Assembly: GCF_048403405.1 (NCBI RefSeq)
Contig: NZ_CP183129.1
Strand: one strand, 5' to 3'
Length of the DNA stretch: 64,000 nucleotides
From: Escherichia coli
GTDB lineage: Bacteria; Pseudomonadota; Gammaproteobacteria; Enterobacterales; Enterobacteriaceae
Below are positions 1 to 9,168 of the stretch, one piece after another; the stretch's first letter is position 1, and each line of letters begins with the position of its first letter. The position numbers and the translations under genes are program-made. The notes beneath the pieces are model-generated. The model saw only the letters and a list, made by a program, of their open reading frames with translations. It ran no database searches and had not been told where the DNA came from.

Positions 1-1556
1 CCTGCGCCCGCGTCGCCATTAACCTTTCCTCGCCGCCGAAGCAAATCTCGGCGCTGACCACTCTGAGCCACCAGCAGGAGGCGGAAATTCGCCAGCTTGA
101 GCGCGAGCTTCGCATCGGGCTGCGTACCAACACCTCACGGATGACCGAGGTGCTGGTGCAGTACGATGAAACGCTGACGGCGCTGGATGAACTGGAAGCG
201 GCCTGGCATCAGCAGCAGGCGCTGGTCCGGGAGATTATCGCGCTGCGCCAGCAGTTGCTGGGCGTGGCAGAAGACGATGCGGCGTCGTTGCCGGACGCAG
301 ATGCCGCGGAGGATACGCCGCCAGAGTCAGAGTCAGAGTCAGAGTCAGAGTCAGAGTCAGAGTCAGAGTCAGAACAGGATAATACCGGTGCCGTACCGGC
401 TGATGAGGCCGACAGAGAACAGCCGGAAGAGACCGCTGAAACAGTTTCCCCGGTACAGCGGCTGGCCCAGCTCACTGCCGAACTGGACGCCCTGCATAAC
501 GACCGGTTGCTGGTCTCCCCGCACGTCGATAAAAAACAGATTGCGGCGGTGATTGCCGAATGGACCGGCGTGCCGCTCAACCGCCTGTCGCAGAATGAAA
601 TGTCGGTCATCACCGACCTGCCGAAATTGCTGGGCGACACCATCAAAGGCCAAGACCTGGCGATTGCCAGCCTGCATAAGCATCTACTGACCGCACGCGC
701 CGACCTGCGTCTTCCGGGACGCCCGCTCGGTGCGTTCCTGCTGGCTGGCCCCAGCGGTGTGGGTAAAACCGAAACCGTCCTGCAACTGGCAGAGCTGCTC
801 TACGGCGGTCGCCAGTACCTGACCACCATCAATATGTCCGAATTCCAGGAGAAACACACCGTCTCGCGGCTGATTGGTTCGCCTCCGGGCTACGTTGGCT
901 ACGGTGAAGGCGGCGTACTGACCGAAGCGATTCGCCAGAAACCCTACTCGGTAGTACTGCTCGATGAAGTGGAAAAAGCGCACCCGGATGTGCTCAACCT
1001 GTTCTACCAGTCGTTCGATAAGGGCGAAATGGCAGACGGTGAAGGCCGCCTGATTGACTGCAAAAATATCGTCTTCTTCCTGACGTCCAACCTCGGCTAC
1101 CAGGTAATAGTCGAGCACGCCGATGACCCGGAAACCATGCAGGAAGAACTGTATCCGGTGCTGGCCGACTTCTTCAAACCTGCCCTGCTGGCGCGTATGG
1201 AAGTGGTGCCGTATCTGCCGCTGTCGAAAGAGACGCTCGCCACCATTATCGCCGGAAAACTGGCCCGTCTGGATAACGTGCTGCGCAGTCGCTTTGGTGC
1301 AGAAGTGGTCATTGAACCGGAAGTGACGGACGAAATCATGAGCCGCGTCACCCGCGCGGAAAACGGCGCGAGGATGCTGGAATCGGTCATCGATGGCGAC
1401 ATGCTACCGCCGCTCTCGCTGCTGCTGTTGCAGAAAATGGCGGCTAACACGGCGATTGCCCGGATTCGGTTGTCGGCGGTGGACGACGCATTTACGGCAG
1501 ACGTGGAAGATGCTCAGAACGACGAGTCCGTCACAAAGGATGAAACGGTTTTATGA
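1..1556 (+). CDS. clpV: T6SS AAA+ ATPase ClpV/TssH, C-terminal ~518 codons (5' end lies outside the window)
   Basis: Reading frame is open from position 3 to the TGA at 1554-1556. Translation carries the second AAA+ module (Walker A LLAGPSGVGKTE, Walker B VVLLDEVEKAHPDV) and a Clp-type C-terminal domain. Confidence 0.85.
   Translation, partial: CARVAINLSSPPKQISALTTLSHQQEAEIRQLERELRIGLRTNTSRMTEVLVQYDETLTALDELEAAWHQQQALVREIIALRQQLLGVAEDDAASLPDADAAEDTPPESESESESESESESESEQDNTGAVPADEADREQPEETAETVSPVQRLAQLTAELDALHNDRLLVSPHVDKKQIAAVIAEWTGVPLNRLSQNEMSVITDLPKLLGDTIKGQDLAIASLHKHLLTARADLRLPGRPLGAFLLAGPSGVGKTETVLQLAELLYGGRQYLTTINMSEFQEKHTVSRLIGSPPGYVGYGEGGVLTEAIRQKPYSVVLLDEVEKAHPDVLNLFYQSFDKGEMADGEGRLIDCKNIVFFLTSNLGYQVIVEHADDPETMQEELYPVLADFFKPALLARMEVVPYLPLSKETLATIIAGKLARLDNVLRSRFGAEVVIEPEVTDEIMSRVTRAENGARMLESVIDGDMLPPLSLLLLQKMAANTAIARIRLSAVDDAFTADVEDAQNDESVTKDETVL
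324..371 (+). repeat. Perfect hexanucleotide tandem repeat (GAGTCA)x8 inside clpV, encoding (Glu-Ser)8
   Basis: Eight identical GAGTCA units read directly from the sequence, in frame with clpV and followed by GAA CAG. Confidence 0.95.
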
Positions 1557-2296
1557 GCAGGTTGCGCGTTTTCCGGCAGACAGGATGGTTTATCGCGGGC
1601 CTGATGACGGGCTTACCCGCCACTGCCGCGCCCGCAGAAACATCGTCAATGGCCGGTGTGGCGGTCGCCGTCGCCACCACGACCCCGCCGGATGCGACAG
1701 CCACGTCACAGGCCATGCAGTCCTGTCGGCGGGAGTCCGCGGCGCTGGAGCGGCTTGACTGCTATGACCGCCTGCTGGCACCGCTGTCCCCGTCAGGGTT
1801 TGACGGGGCGCTGGTCAAAGCCGGTTTTGTGGGCGAGGCCTGGACCCGCGCCACAGAGCAGGAAAAACGTCGCGAGGGCAACACCACAGAACTGCTGGTG
1901 ACGCAGGTGCCGGGGGAGCGCCCGACGGTGGTGATAACCACCCCGGCTATCGGCCATGTTCCGCCGCGCCCGGTGCTGATGTTCAGTTGCGTGGACAATA
2001 TCACCCGGATGCAGGTGGCGCTGATGCACCCTCTGGATGTCCATGATATCGCCGTCACTCTGAATGCCGACAGCCGGGCATTGCGTAGCCACTGGTTTGT
2101 GCGCGAGAACGGCACCCTGCTGGAGTCCAGCCGGGGGCTGTCCGGGATTGATGAAATTAAGCAACTGTTCGGCGCAAAAACGCTGACAGTGGATACCGGC
2201 GCAGATAACGCCGCAGGAAAGCTGACCTTTAACATTGACGGGCTGGCAAGGGCGATTGCCCCCCTGCGCGTTGCCTGCCACTGGGCGGGAGAATAA
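1553..2296 (+). CDS. T6SS-associated VasI-family protein (secreted/periplasmic, N-terminal signal peptide)
   Basis: ATG at 1553 overlaps the clpV stop (ATGA). N-terminal hydrophobic signal-like segment, then an Ala/Thr/Pro-rich tract. Position between clpV and tssA matches vasI in vas-type clusters. Family assignment is from recalled architecture, not a search. Confidence 0.55.
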   Translation: MSRLRVFRQTGWFIAGLMTGLPATAAPAETSSMAGVAVAVATTTPPDATATSQAMQSCRRESAALERLDCYDRLLAPLSPSGFDGALVKAGFVGEAWTRATEQEKRREGNTTELLVTQVPGERPTVVITTPAIGHVPPRPVLMFSCVDNITRMQVALMHPLDVHDIAVTLNADSRALRSHWFVRENGTLLESSRGLSGIDEIKQLFGAKTLTVDTGADNAAGKLTFNIDGLARAIAPLRVACHWAGE

Positions 2297-2300
2297 AAAT

Positions 2301-3713
2301 ATGGCAATGGACTTACGCGATCCGAATGTCTGGATAACGCACCTGCTGGAAAACCTGCCGGAAGAAAAACTGGCATCGGCGCTGAAAGATGACAACCCGG
2401 ACTGGGAGTATATCGACGGCGAAATCGTCAAACTGGGATCTCTGGCCCACAGTCAACTGGATATCCCGGAACTCCAGCGCCGGGGGCTGGTCATTCTGGC
2501 TTCGGAGAGTAAGGACTTTCGTCTGCTGGCGCATCTGCTGAGAACCCTGCAACACGCCGGTGATCCTCATCTCGCATTGCGCCTGCTGGCGCTGTATGTG
2601 GAGCATTACTGGTCGGTGGCTGCGCCGCAGAATATGGCACATAAAAAACGCTTTGCCAGCCAGGTCATTAAACGCTTCGAAACAGGTATTGAAGGCTTTT
2701 CACAGAACGCCGCCACAGCGCAGCGCGACGCGCTGTCAGGGGAACTGGCGAAACTGGCGCAGTGCTGGCAGTCACATAACGCCCCGGAACTGGCACTGGC
2801 TACCGATGATCTTTTTGCCCTGTACCAGCGTGCGTTTAATCGTGCGGCACCGGCTCCTGCCCCCACTCCGGCGGCCTCCGATAGTTCACGACAGACCACC
2901 GCCACGTCTGAAAGCGGCGTGACGCAACCCAGTGCTCCGGCTCCCCAAATCGCCATCGACAGTCACGACGACAAAGCCTGGCGCGACACGCTGTTAAAAG
3001 TGGCGGCTATTTTATGTGAACGCCAGCCGGACTCGCCGCAGGGCTATCGCCTGCGCCGCCATGCCCTGTGGCAATCCATCACCAGTACACCCCAGGCGGA
3101 AAGCGATGGACGTACCCCATTGGCTGCGGTCTCTGCCGATATGGTGGCGGATTACCAGTCCCGGCTTGCCAGCGCGGATATGGCGCTGTGGCAGCAGGTT
3201 GAGAAAAGCGTATTGCTGGCTCCTTACTGGCTGGACGGTCACTGTCTTTCTGCACAGACGGCACTGCGTCTGGGTTACAAACAGGTGGCAGACACCATCC
3301 GCGATGAGGTCATCCGCTTCCTTGAGCGTCTGCCCCAGCTTACCGGGCTGCTGTTTAATGACCGCACACCGTTTCTCAGTGAGCAGACGAAACAATGGCT
3401 GGCAGCTTCGCCCGACGGCAAAGTTGCACCGGTTGCGCAAATCGGTGAGGAATCGCAGGCAGCCAGAGCCTGTTTTGCTGGGCAGGGTCTGGAGGCGGCG
3501 CTGCGATATCTGGACATGCTACCCGAAGGCGATCCCCGCAATCAGTTTCACCGCCAGTACCTTGCCGCACAGTTGACGGAGGAGGCGGGGCTGATACAGC
3601 TTGCGCAGCAACAGTACCGGATGTTGTTGATGATAGGGAGTCAGATGATGGTGTCTGACTGGGAGCCATCATTACTTACGCAGCTTGAACAAAAATTCAC
3701 GGCAGAACAATAA
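2301..3713 (+). CDS. tssA: T6SS protein TssA (VasJ-like, ImpA_N-type N-terminal domain)
   Basis: ATG at 2301 just after the vasI-like stop (the tracked ORF starts further upstream at 2235). About 470 aa, lying between vasI and tssM as vasJ does. Confidence 0.7.
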   Translation: MAMDLRDPNVWITHLLENLPEEKLASALKDDNPDWEYIDGEIVKLGSLAHSQLDIPELQRRGLVILASESKDFRLLAHLLRTLQHAGDPHLALRLLALYVEHYWSVAAPQNMAHKKRFASQVIKRFETGIEGFSQNAATAQRDALSGELAKLAQCWQSHNAPELALATDDLFALYQRAFNRAAPAPAPTPAASDSSRQTTATSESGVTQPSAPAPQIAIDSHDDKAWRDTLLKVAAILCERQPDSPQGYRLRRHALWQSITSTPQAESDGRTPLAAVSADMVADYQSRLASADMALWQQVEKSVLLAPYWLDGHCLSAQTALRLGYKQVADTIRDEVIRFLERLPQLTGLLFNDRTPFLSEQTKQWLAASPDGKVAPVAQIGEESQAARACFAGQGLEAALRYLDMLPEGDPRNQFHRQYLAAQLTEEAGLIQLAQQQYRMLLMIGSQMMVSDWEPSLLTQLEQKFTAEQ

Positions 3714-3731
3714 AAGAGAACAGGAGTTTTT

Positions 3732-6700
3732 GTGTTCAGATTACCAACACCCCGACTACTCAGCGGACTCAAATCAGCCCTACGCCCGGCGATGCCCCGG
3801 TTTAAAGTCTCCGCTTTCTGGCTGCTGATACTGGCGTGGATTTTTCTGCTGGTATGGATCTGGTGGAAAGGCCCGACGTGGACGCTGTATGAAGAACAGT
3901 GGCTCAAACCACTGGCGAACCGCTGGCTGGCAACGGCGGCATGGGGGATTATCGCCCTAGTGTGGCTTACCGTCCGGATGATGAAGCGCCTGCAACAGCT
4001 TGAAAAAATGCAAAAGCAGCAGCGCGAGGAGGCCATTGATCCGCTCAGTGTGGAGCTGAACGCCCAGCAGCGTTACCTTGACCGCTGGCTGCTGCGCCTG
4101 CAACGCCATCTCGACAACCGCCGTTTCCTGTGGCAGTTGCCGTGGTATATGGTCATCGGCCCGGCGGGCAGTGGCAAAACGACACTGCTGCGCGAGGGTT
4201 TTCCGTCCGACATTATTTATGCCCCGGAGGGCGCACGCGGCGCAGAACAACGCCTGTACCTCACGCCCCATGTCGGTAAACAGGCGGTGATCTTTGATAT
4301 CGACGGCACACTCTGCGCTCCCGCTGATGCGGATATCCTGCATCGCCGTCTGTGGGAACATGCCCTCGGCTGGCTGAAAGAAAAGCGCGCGCGCCAGCCG
4401 CTGAACGGGATTATTCTGACACTCGATTTACCCGATCTGCTTACCGCAGACAAACGCCGCCGCGAACATCTGTTACAGACGCTGCGCAGCCGCTTGCAGG
4501 ATATACGCCAGCATCTTCACTGCCAGTTACCGGTTTACGTGGTACTCACCCGGCTTGATTTATTGCAGGGTTTTGCCGCCCTGTTCCAGTCACTGAACAG
4601 ACAGGATCGCGATGCAATTCTAGGGGTCACGTTCACCCGCCGCGCCCATGAAAATGATGACTGGCGAACAGAGTTGAATGCTTTCTGGCAGACATGGGTG
4701 GATCGAATGAACCTAGCGTTGCCGGATCTGATGGTCGCTCAGACTCACACCCGCGCGTCTTTATTTAGTTTTTCCCGCCAGATGCAGGGAAGCCGTGAAC
4801 CACTGGTGTCACTGCTTGAGGGTCTGCTTGACGGCGAAAATATGAACGTGATGCTGCGTGGCGTCTATCTCACCTCTTCGCTTCAGCGCGGACAGATGGA
4901 TGATATTTTCACCCAGTCTGCCGCCCGCCAATACCGGCTGGGCAATAACCCACTGGCGTCCTGGCCTCTGGTGGACACCGCACCCTATTTCACCCGTAGC
5001 CTGTTCCCGCAGGCATTACTCGCAGAGCCTAATCTGGCAACAGAAAGCCGCACCTGGCTGATGCGTTCCCGTCGCCGCCTGACGGTTTTCTCTACCACAG
5101 GAGGCGTGGCGGCACTGCTGCTCATCACCGGCTGGCATCACTATTACAACGGTAACTATCAGTCCGGCATCACCGTGCTTAAGCAGGCAAAAGCCTTTAT
5201 GGATGTACCGCCTCCGCTGGGGGAAGATGATTACGGCAACCTGCAACTGCCGCTGCTGAACCCGGTACGCGATGCCACGCTGGCCTATGGCGACTGGGGC
5301 GACCGCAGCCGTCTGGCCGATATGGGACTGTACCAGGGACGGCGTATCGGGCCTTATGTGGAACAAACCTATCTGCAACTGCTGGAGCAGCGTTACCTGC
5401 CTTCGCTGTTTAACGGGCTGGTCAAAGCGATGAACGCCGCGCCGCCGGAGAGTGAGGAAAAACTCGCCGTGCTGCGTGTGATGCGAATGCTGGAGGACAA
5501 AAGCGGACGCAATAATGAGGTGGTGAAGCAGTATATGGCAAAACGCTGGAGCGAAAAATTCCACGGCCAGCGCGATATCCAGGCACAACTGATGTCCCAT
5601 CTTGACTACGCGCTGGCTCATACTGACTGGCATGCAGAGCGTCAGGCGGGCGACGGTGATGCCATCAGCCGCTGGACGCCATATGACAAGCCTGTTGCGA
5701 CAGCACAGAAAGAACTGAGCAAACTGCCTGTCTACCAGCGAGTTTACCAGAGCCTGAAAACGCGGGCGCTGGGCGTTCTTCCTGCCGACCTCAATCTGCG
5801 TGACCAGGTAGGGCCAACTTTTGACCAGGTATTTACATCTGCCGATGATAACAAACTGGTTGTTCCACAGTTTCTTACCCGTTACGGCCTGCAAAGCTAT
5901 TTTGTAAAACAGCGCGATGAACTGGTTGAACTGACGGCGATGGATTCCTGGGTACTCAACCTCACCCGCAGCGTGAAATACAGTGACGCCGACCGCGCGG
6001 AAATCCAGCGCCAGTTGACCGAGCAGTATATCAGCGACTACACCGCCACCTGGCGGGCCGGGATGGACAATCTGAATATCCGCAATTTTGAGTCCATCGG
6101 ACAACTGACCGGGGCGCTGGAGCAGGTTATCAGCGGCGACCAGCCTTTGCAGCGGGCGCTGACCGTGCTGCGTGACAACACACAGCCAGGCGTCTTTTCT
6201 GAAAAACTCTCTGCCAAAGAGCGGGATGAGACCCTGGCAGAGCCGGATTACCAGTTACTCACCCGCCTCGGGCATGAATTCGCCCCGGAAAACAGTACCC
6301 TGACAGTACAGAAAGACAAAGAAAGCACGATGCAGGCCGTATACCAGCAGCTCACCGAGTTACACCGCTACCTGCTGGCAATCCAGAACGCGCCTGTACC
6401 AGGGAAATCGGCGCTGAAAGCCGTGCAGTTAAGGCTTGATCAGAACAGCAGCGATCCAATATTCGCCACCCGCCAGATGGCAAAAACACTGCCTGCTCCG
6501 CTCAACCGCTGGGTAGGCAGGCTGGCTGACCAGGCCTGGCATGTGGTGATGGTGGAAGCCGTTCACTATATGGAAGTGGACTGGCGCGACAGCGTGGTGA
6601 AACCGTTTAACGAGCAACTGGCAAATAACTATCCGTTTAATCCACATTCTGCACAGGATGCCTCACTGGATGCCTTCGAACGATTCTTTAAACCAGATGG

Positions 6701-7256
6701 CATACTGGATACCTTCTACCAGCAGAACCTAAAGCTGTTTATCGACAATGACCTGAGTCTGGAGGATGGCGATAACAACGTCATTATTCGCGAAGATATT
6801 ATTGCGCAACTGGAAACCGCGCAGAAAATCCGTGACATATTCTTCAGCAAACAGAACGGTCTGGGAACATCCTTTGCCGTGGAAACGGTATCGCTTTCCG
6901 GCAACAAACGCCGCAGCGTACTGAACCTTGACGGTCAGTTAGTCGATTACAGCCAGGGCCGTAACTATACCGCCCATCTGGTCTGGCCTAACAATATGCG
7001 CGAAGGCAACGAAAGCAAACTGACGCTGGTTGGTGCCCGCGGCGGCGCACCGCGCAGTATCAGCTTCAGCGGGCCGTGGGCTCAGTTCCGCCTGTTCGGG
7101 GCCGGACAGCTGACCGGAGTACAGGATGGCAACTTTACCGTGCGCTTTAGTGTGGACGGTGGCGCAATGACCTACCGCGTGCATACCGACACGGAAGATA
7201 ACCCGTTCAGCGGTGGGTTATTCAGCCAGTTTGGCCTGTCAGACACACTGTACTGA
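3732..7256 (+). CDS. tssM: T6SS membrane-complex protein TssM (IcmF/VasK family)
   Basis: GTG start at 3732 preceded by AGGAG at 3722-3726. 1174 aa with N-terminal transmembrane segments and a Walker A motif (GPAGSGKTT). Confidence 0.9.
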   Translation: MFRLPTPRLLSGLKSALRPAMPRFKVSAFWLLILAWIFLLVWIWWKGPTWTLYEEQWLKPLANRWLATAAWGIIALVWLTVRMMKRLQQLEKMQKQQREEAIDPLSVELNAQQRYLDRWLLRLQRHLDNRRFLWQLPWYMVIGPAGSGKTTLLREGFPSDIIYAPEGARGAEQRLYLTPHVGKQAVIFDIDGTLCAPADADILHRRLWEHALGWLKEKRARQPLNGIILTLDLPDLLTADKRRREHLLQTLRSRLQDIRQHLHCQLPVYVVLTRLDLLQGFAALFQSLNRQDRDAILGVTFTRRAHENDDWRTELNAFWQTWVDRMNLALPDLMVAQTHTRASLFSFSRQMQGSREPLVSLLEGLLDGENMNVMLRGVYLTSSLQRGQMDDIFTQSAARQYRLGNNPLASWPLVDTAPYFTRSLFPQALLAEPNLATESRTWLMRSRRRLTVFSTTGGVAALLLITGWHHYYNGNYQSGITVLKQAKAFMDVPPPLGEDDYGNLQLPLLNPVRDATLAYGDWGDRSRLADMGLYQGRRIGPYVEQTYLQLLEQRYLPSLFNGLVKAMNAAPPESEEKLAVLRVMRMLEDKSGRNNEVVKQYMAKRWSEKFHGQRDIQAQLMSHLDYALAHTDWHAERQAGDGDAISRWTPYDKPVATAQKELSKLPVYQRVYQSLKTRALGVLPADLNLRDQVGPTFDQVFTSADDNKLVVPQFLTRYGLQSYFVKQRDELVELTAMDSWVLNLTRSVKYSDADRAEIQRQLTEQYISDYTATWRAGMDNLNIRNFESIGQLTGALEQVISGDQPLQRALTVLRDNTQPGVFSEKLSAKERDETLAEPDYQLLTRLGHEFAPENSTLTVQKDKESTMQAVYQQLTELHRYLLAIQNAPVPGKSALKAVQLRLDQNSSDPIFATRQMAKTLPAPLNRWVGRLADQAWHVVMVEAVHYMEVDWRDSVVKPFNEQLANNYPFNPHSAQDASLDAFERFFKPDGILDTFYQQNLKLFIDNDLSLEDGDNNVIIREDIIAQLETAQKIRDIFFSKQNGLGTSFAVETVSLSGNKRRSVLNLDGQLVDYSQGRNYTAHLVWPNNMREGNESKLTLVGARGGAPRSISFSGPWAQFRLFGAGQLTGVQDGNFTVRFSVDGGAMTYRVHTDTEDNPFSGGLFSQFGLSDTLY

Positions 7257-7266
7257 GGAGGCAGGG

Positions 7267-8619
7267 ATGAATAGTAACGGACTGACACAAACTATCGTTA
7301 CCGGCAGTGACCCGCGCGGGCTGCCGGAATTCAGCGCCATCCGCGAGGAAATAAACAAAGCCAGCCATCCGTCACAGCCTGAGCTGAACTGGAAACTGGT
7401 GGAGTCGCTGGCGCTGGCGATTTTTAAAGCCAACGGTGTGGATTTACACACCGCCACCTACTATACGCTTGCCCGGACACGGACACAGGGACTGGCGGGA
7501 TTCTGCGAAGGTGCGGAACTGCTGGCGGCAATGGTAAGCCACGACTGGGATAAATTCTGGCCGCAGGGCGGTCCGGCGCGTACTGAAATGCTGGACTGGT
7601 TTAACTCCCGAACCGGCAATATTCTGCGTCAGCAAATCTCCTTTGCGGAACCCGATCTGCCACTGATCTACCGCACAGAGCGGGCATTGCAGCTTATCTG
7701 CGACAAGCTTCAGCAGGTGGAGCTGAAGCGCGTTCCGCGCGTGGAGAATCTGCTCTATTTTATGCAGAACACGCGTAAGCGGCTTGAACCCCAGCCGAAG
7801 AGTAACGTTGAAAACGCCGTACAGACCACGGTTAGAACACTGATTTATGCCCCGGAAACAACGGCTTCCTCCACGCCAGAAGCGGTAGTGCCTCCCCTGC
7901 CCGACCTGCCTGAGATGAAAGTAGAAGTGCGCAGTCTGTCAGAGAATCCCCCACAGGCCAGTGTGATGAAGCAAGGCAGTACGGTAAGAGGGTTTATCAC
8001 GGGGATCGCCTGTTCAGTGGCTGTCGCCTCAGCATTGTGGTGGTGGCAGGTCTATCCGGTGCAACAGCAACTGTTACAGGTTAACGACACCGCGCAGGGC
8101 GCAGCAACGGTGTGGATGGCCTCACCTGAACTAGAAAACTATGAGCGCAGGCTACAACAGCTTCTTGGCGTCTCCCCGGTACAACCGCTGGAAACCGGGA
8201 TGCAGATGATGCGTGTTGCCGACAGTCGCTGGCCGGAAAGCCTGCAGCAGCAGCAGGCCTCGACACATTGGAATGAAGCACTCAAAACCCGCGCACAGAG
8301 TAGCCCGCAGTTGCGTGGCTGGTTGCAGACCCGTCAGGACTTACATGCTTTTGCAGATCTCGTGATGCGGCGCGAGAAAGAGGGACTAACCCTTTCCTAT
8401 ATCAAAAATGTCATCTGGCAGGCGGAGCGGGGACTGGGGCAGGAAACACCCGTTGAGTCTCTGTTGACGCAGTACCAGGATGCCCGTGCGCAGAAGCAGA
8501 ATATAGATGCGCTGGAAAAACAAATTAATGAGCGACTCGAAGGCGTGTTAATCCGCTGGCTGCTGCTGAAGAATAACGTCATGCCAGAGGCGGCAACCGG
8601 GACCACGGCCGAAAAATAA
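7267..8619 (+). CDS. VasL-like T6SS accessory protein (ImpA_N-related N-terminus, one central transmembrane helix)
   Basis: ATG at 7267 after GAGGAGG, 10 bp after the tssM stop. Predicted TM segment ITGIACSVAVASALWWW. Position after tssM corresponds to vasL. Confidence 0.6.
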   Translation: MNSNGLTQTIVTGSDPRGLPEFSAIREEINKASHPSQPELNWKLVESLALAIFKANGVDLHTATYYTLARTRTQGLAGFCEGAELLAAMVSHDWDKFWPQGGPARTEMLDWFNSRTGNILRQQISFAEPDLPLIYRTERALQLICDKLQQVELKRVPRVENLLYFMQNTRKRLEPQPKSNVENAVQTTVRTLIYAPETTASSTPEAVVPPLPDLPEMKVEVRSLSENPPQASVMKQGSTVRGFITGIACSVAVASALWWWQVYPVQQQLLQVNDTAQGAATVWMASPELENYERRLQQLLGVSPVQPLETGMQMMRVADSRWPESLQQQQASTHWNEALKTRAQSSPQLRGWLQTRQDLHAFADLVMRREKEGLTLSYIKNVIWQAERGLGQETPVESLLTQYQDARAQKQNIDALEKQINERLEGVLIRWLLLKNNVMPEAATGTTAEK

Positions 8620-8642
8620 TTATTTAATTAAAGGAGATTATC

Positions 8643-9125
8643 ATGGCAAATATGAGTTATTTATCTTTGAGTGGAGAGACACAAGGGCTGATTTCAGCAG
8701 GTTGCTCAACGCTTGATTCTGTCGGAAACAAAGCACAGCCAGAACATAAAGATCAGATCATGGTTTATGCGTTAATGCATTCCATCTCAAGAAGTCAAAA
8801 TGTCAATCATCATGAATTAATTATCACCAAACCGGTTGATAAATCCTCACCATTGCTGGCAAAAGCACTTAGTGACAATGAAAAAATGGTAACATGTGAA
8901 TTTATACTCTACCGAACCAGTAAAGCGGGTATTTACCAGCCTTATTATAAAATAAACCTGTCAAAAGCCCGAATATCAAGTATTGATTTTGTCACACCGC
9001 ATGCTGTCCTGGAAAAAGAACTGGAGCCACAGGAGAGAATTGCCTTTATTTATGAAGATATTTCCTGGGAGCATACGTTAGCCGGTACGAATGCAATGAG
9101 TAAATGGCAGGATCGTGTACAGTAA
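8643..9125 (+). CDS. hcp: Hcp-family T6SS tube protein (divergent, encoded in AT-rich DNA)
   Basis: 160 aa, AAGGAG RBS at 8631-8636. Length and motif pattern (SSPLL-KA, Y-I-L-A-I, IAF-YE-ISW) resemble Hcp. Confidence 0.75.
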   Translation: MANMSYLSLSGETQGLISAGCSTLDSVGNKAQPEHKDQIMVYALMHSISRSQNVNHHELIITKPVDKSSPLLAKALSDNEKMVTCEFILYRTSKAGIYQPYYKINLSKARISSIDFVTPHAVLEKELEPQERIAFIYEDISWEHTLAGTNAMSKWQDRVQ

Positions 9126-9168
9126 TTTACTGTAATAACATAATAAATTACTATTGCGGAGAGATATA

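Noticed and set aside
324-371. Tandem repeat considered as a possible CRISPR array
   Set aside because: Units are 6 bp with no spacers and sit in frame within a coding sequence; this is a microsatellite, not a CRISPR array.
187-646. ORFs 187-552 (+) and 209-646 (-) containing QSQSQS / SDSDSD repeats
   Set aside because: These are alternative-frame and antisense readings of the same (GAGTCA)8 repeat inside clpV; the clpV frame is the one with conserved AAA+ motifs.
5016-6104. 362-aa ORF antisense to tssM
   Set aside because: Fully embedded on the opposite strand of a well-supported long gene, with no start context or recognisable motifs; typical spurious antisense ORF in GC-rich coding DNA.
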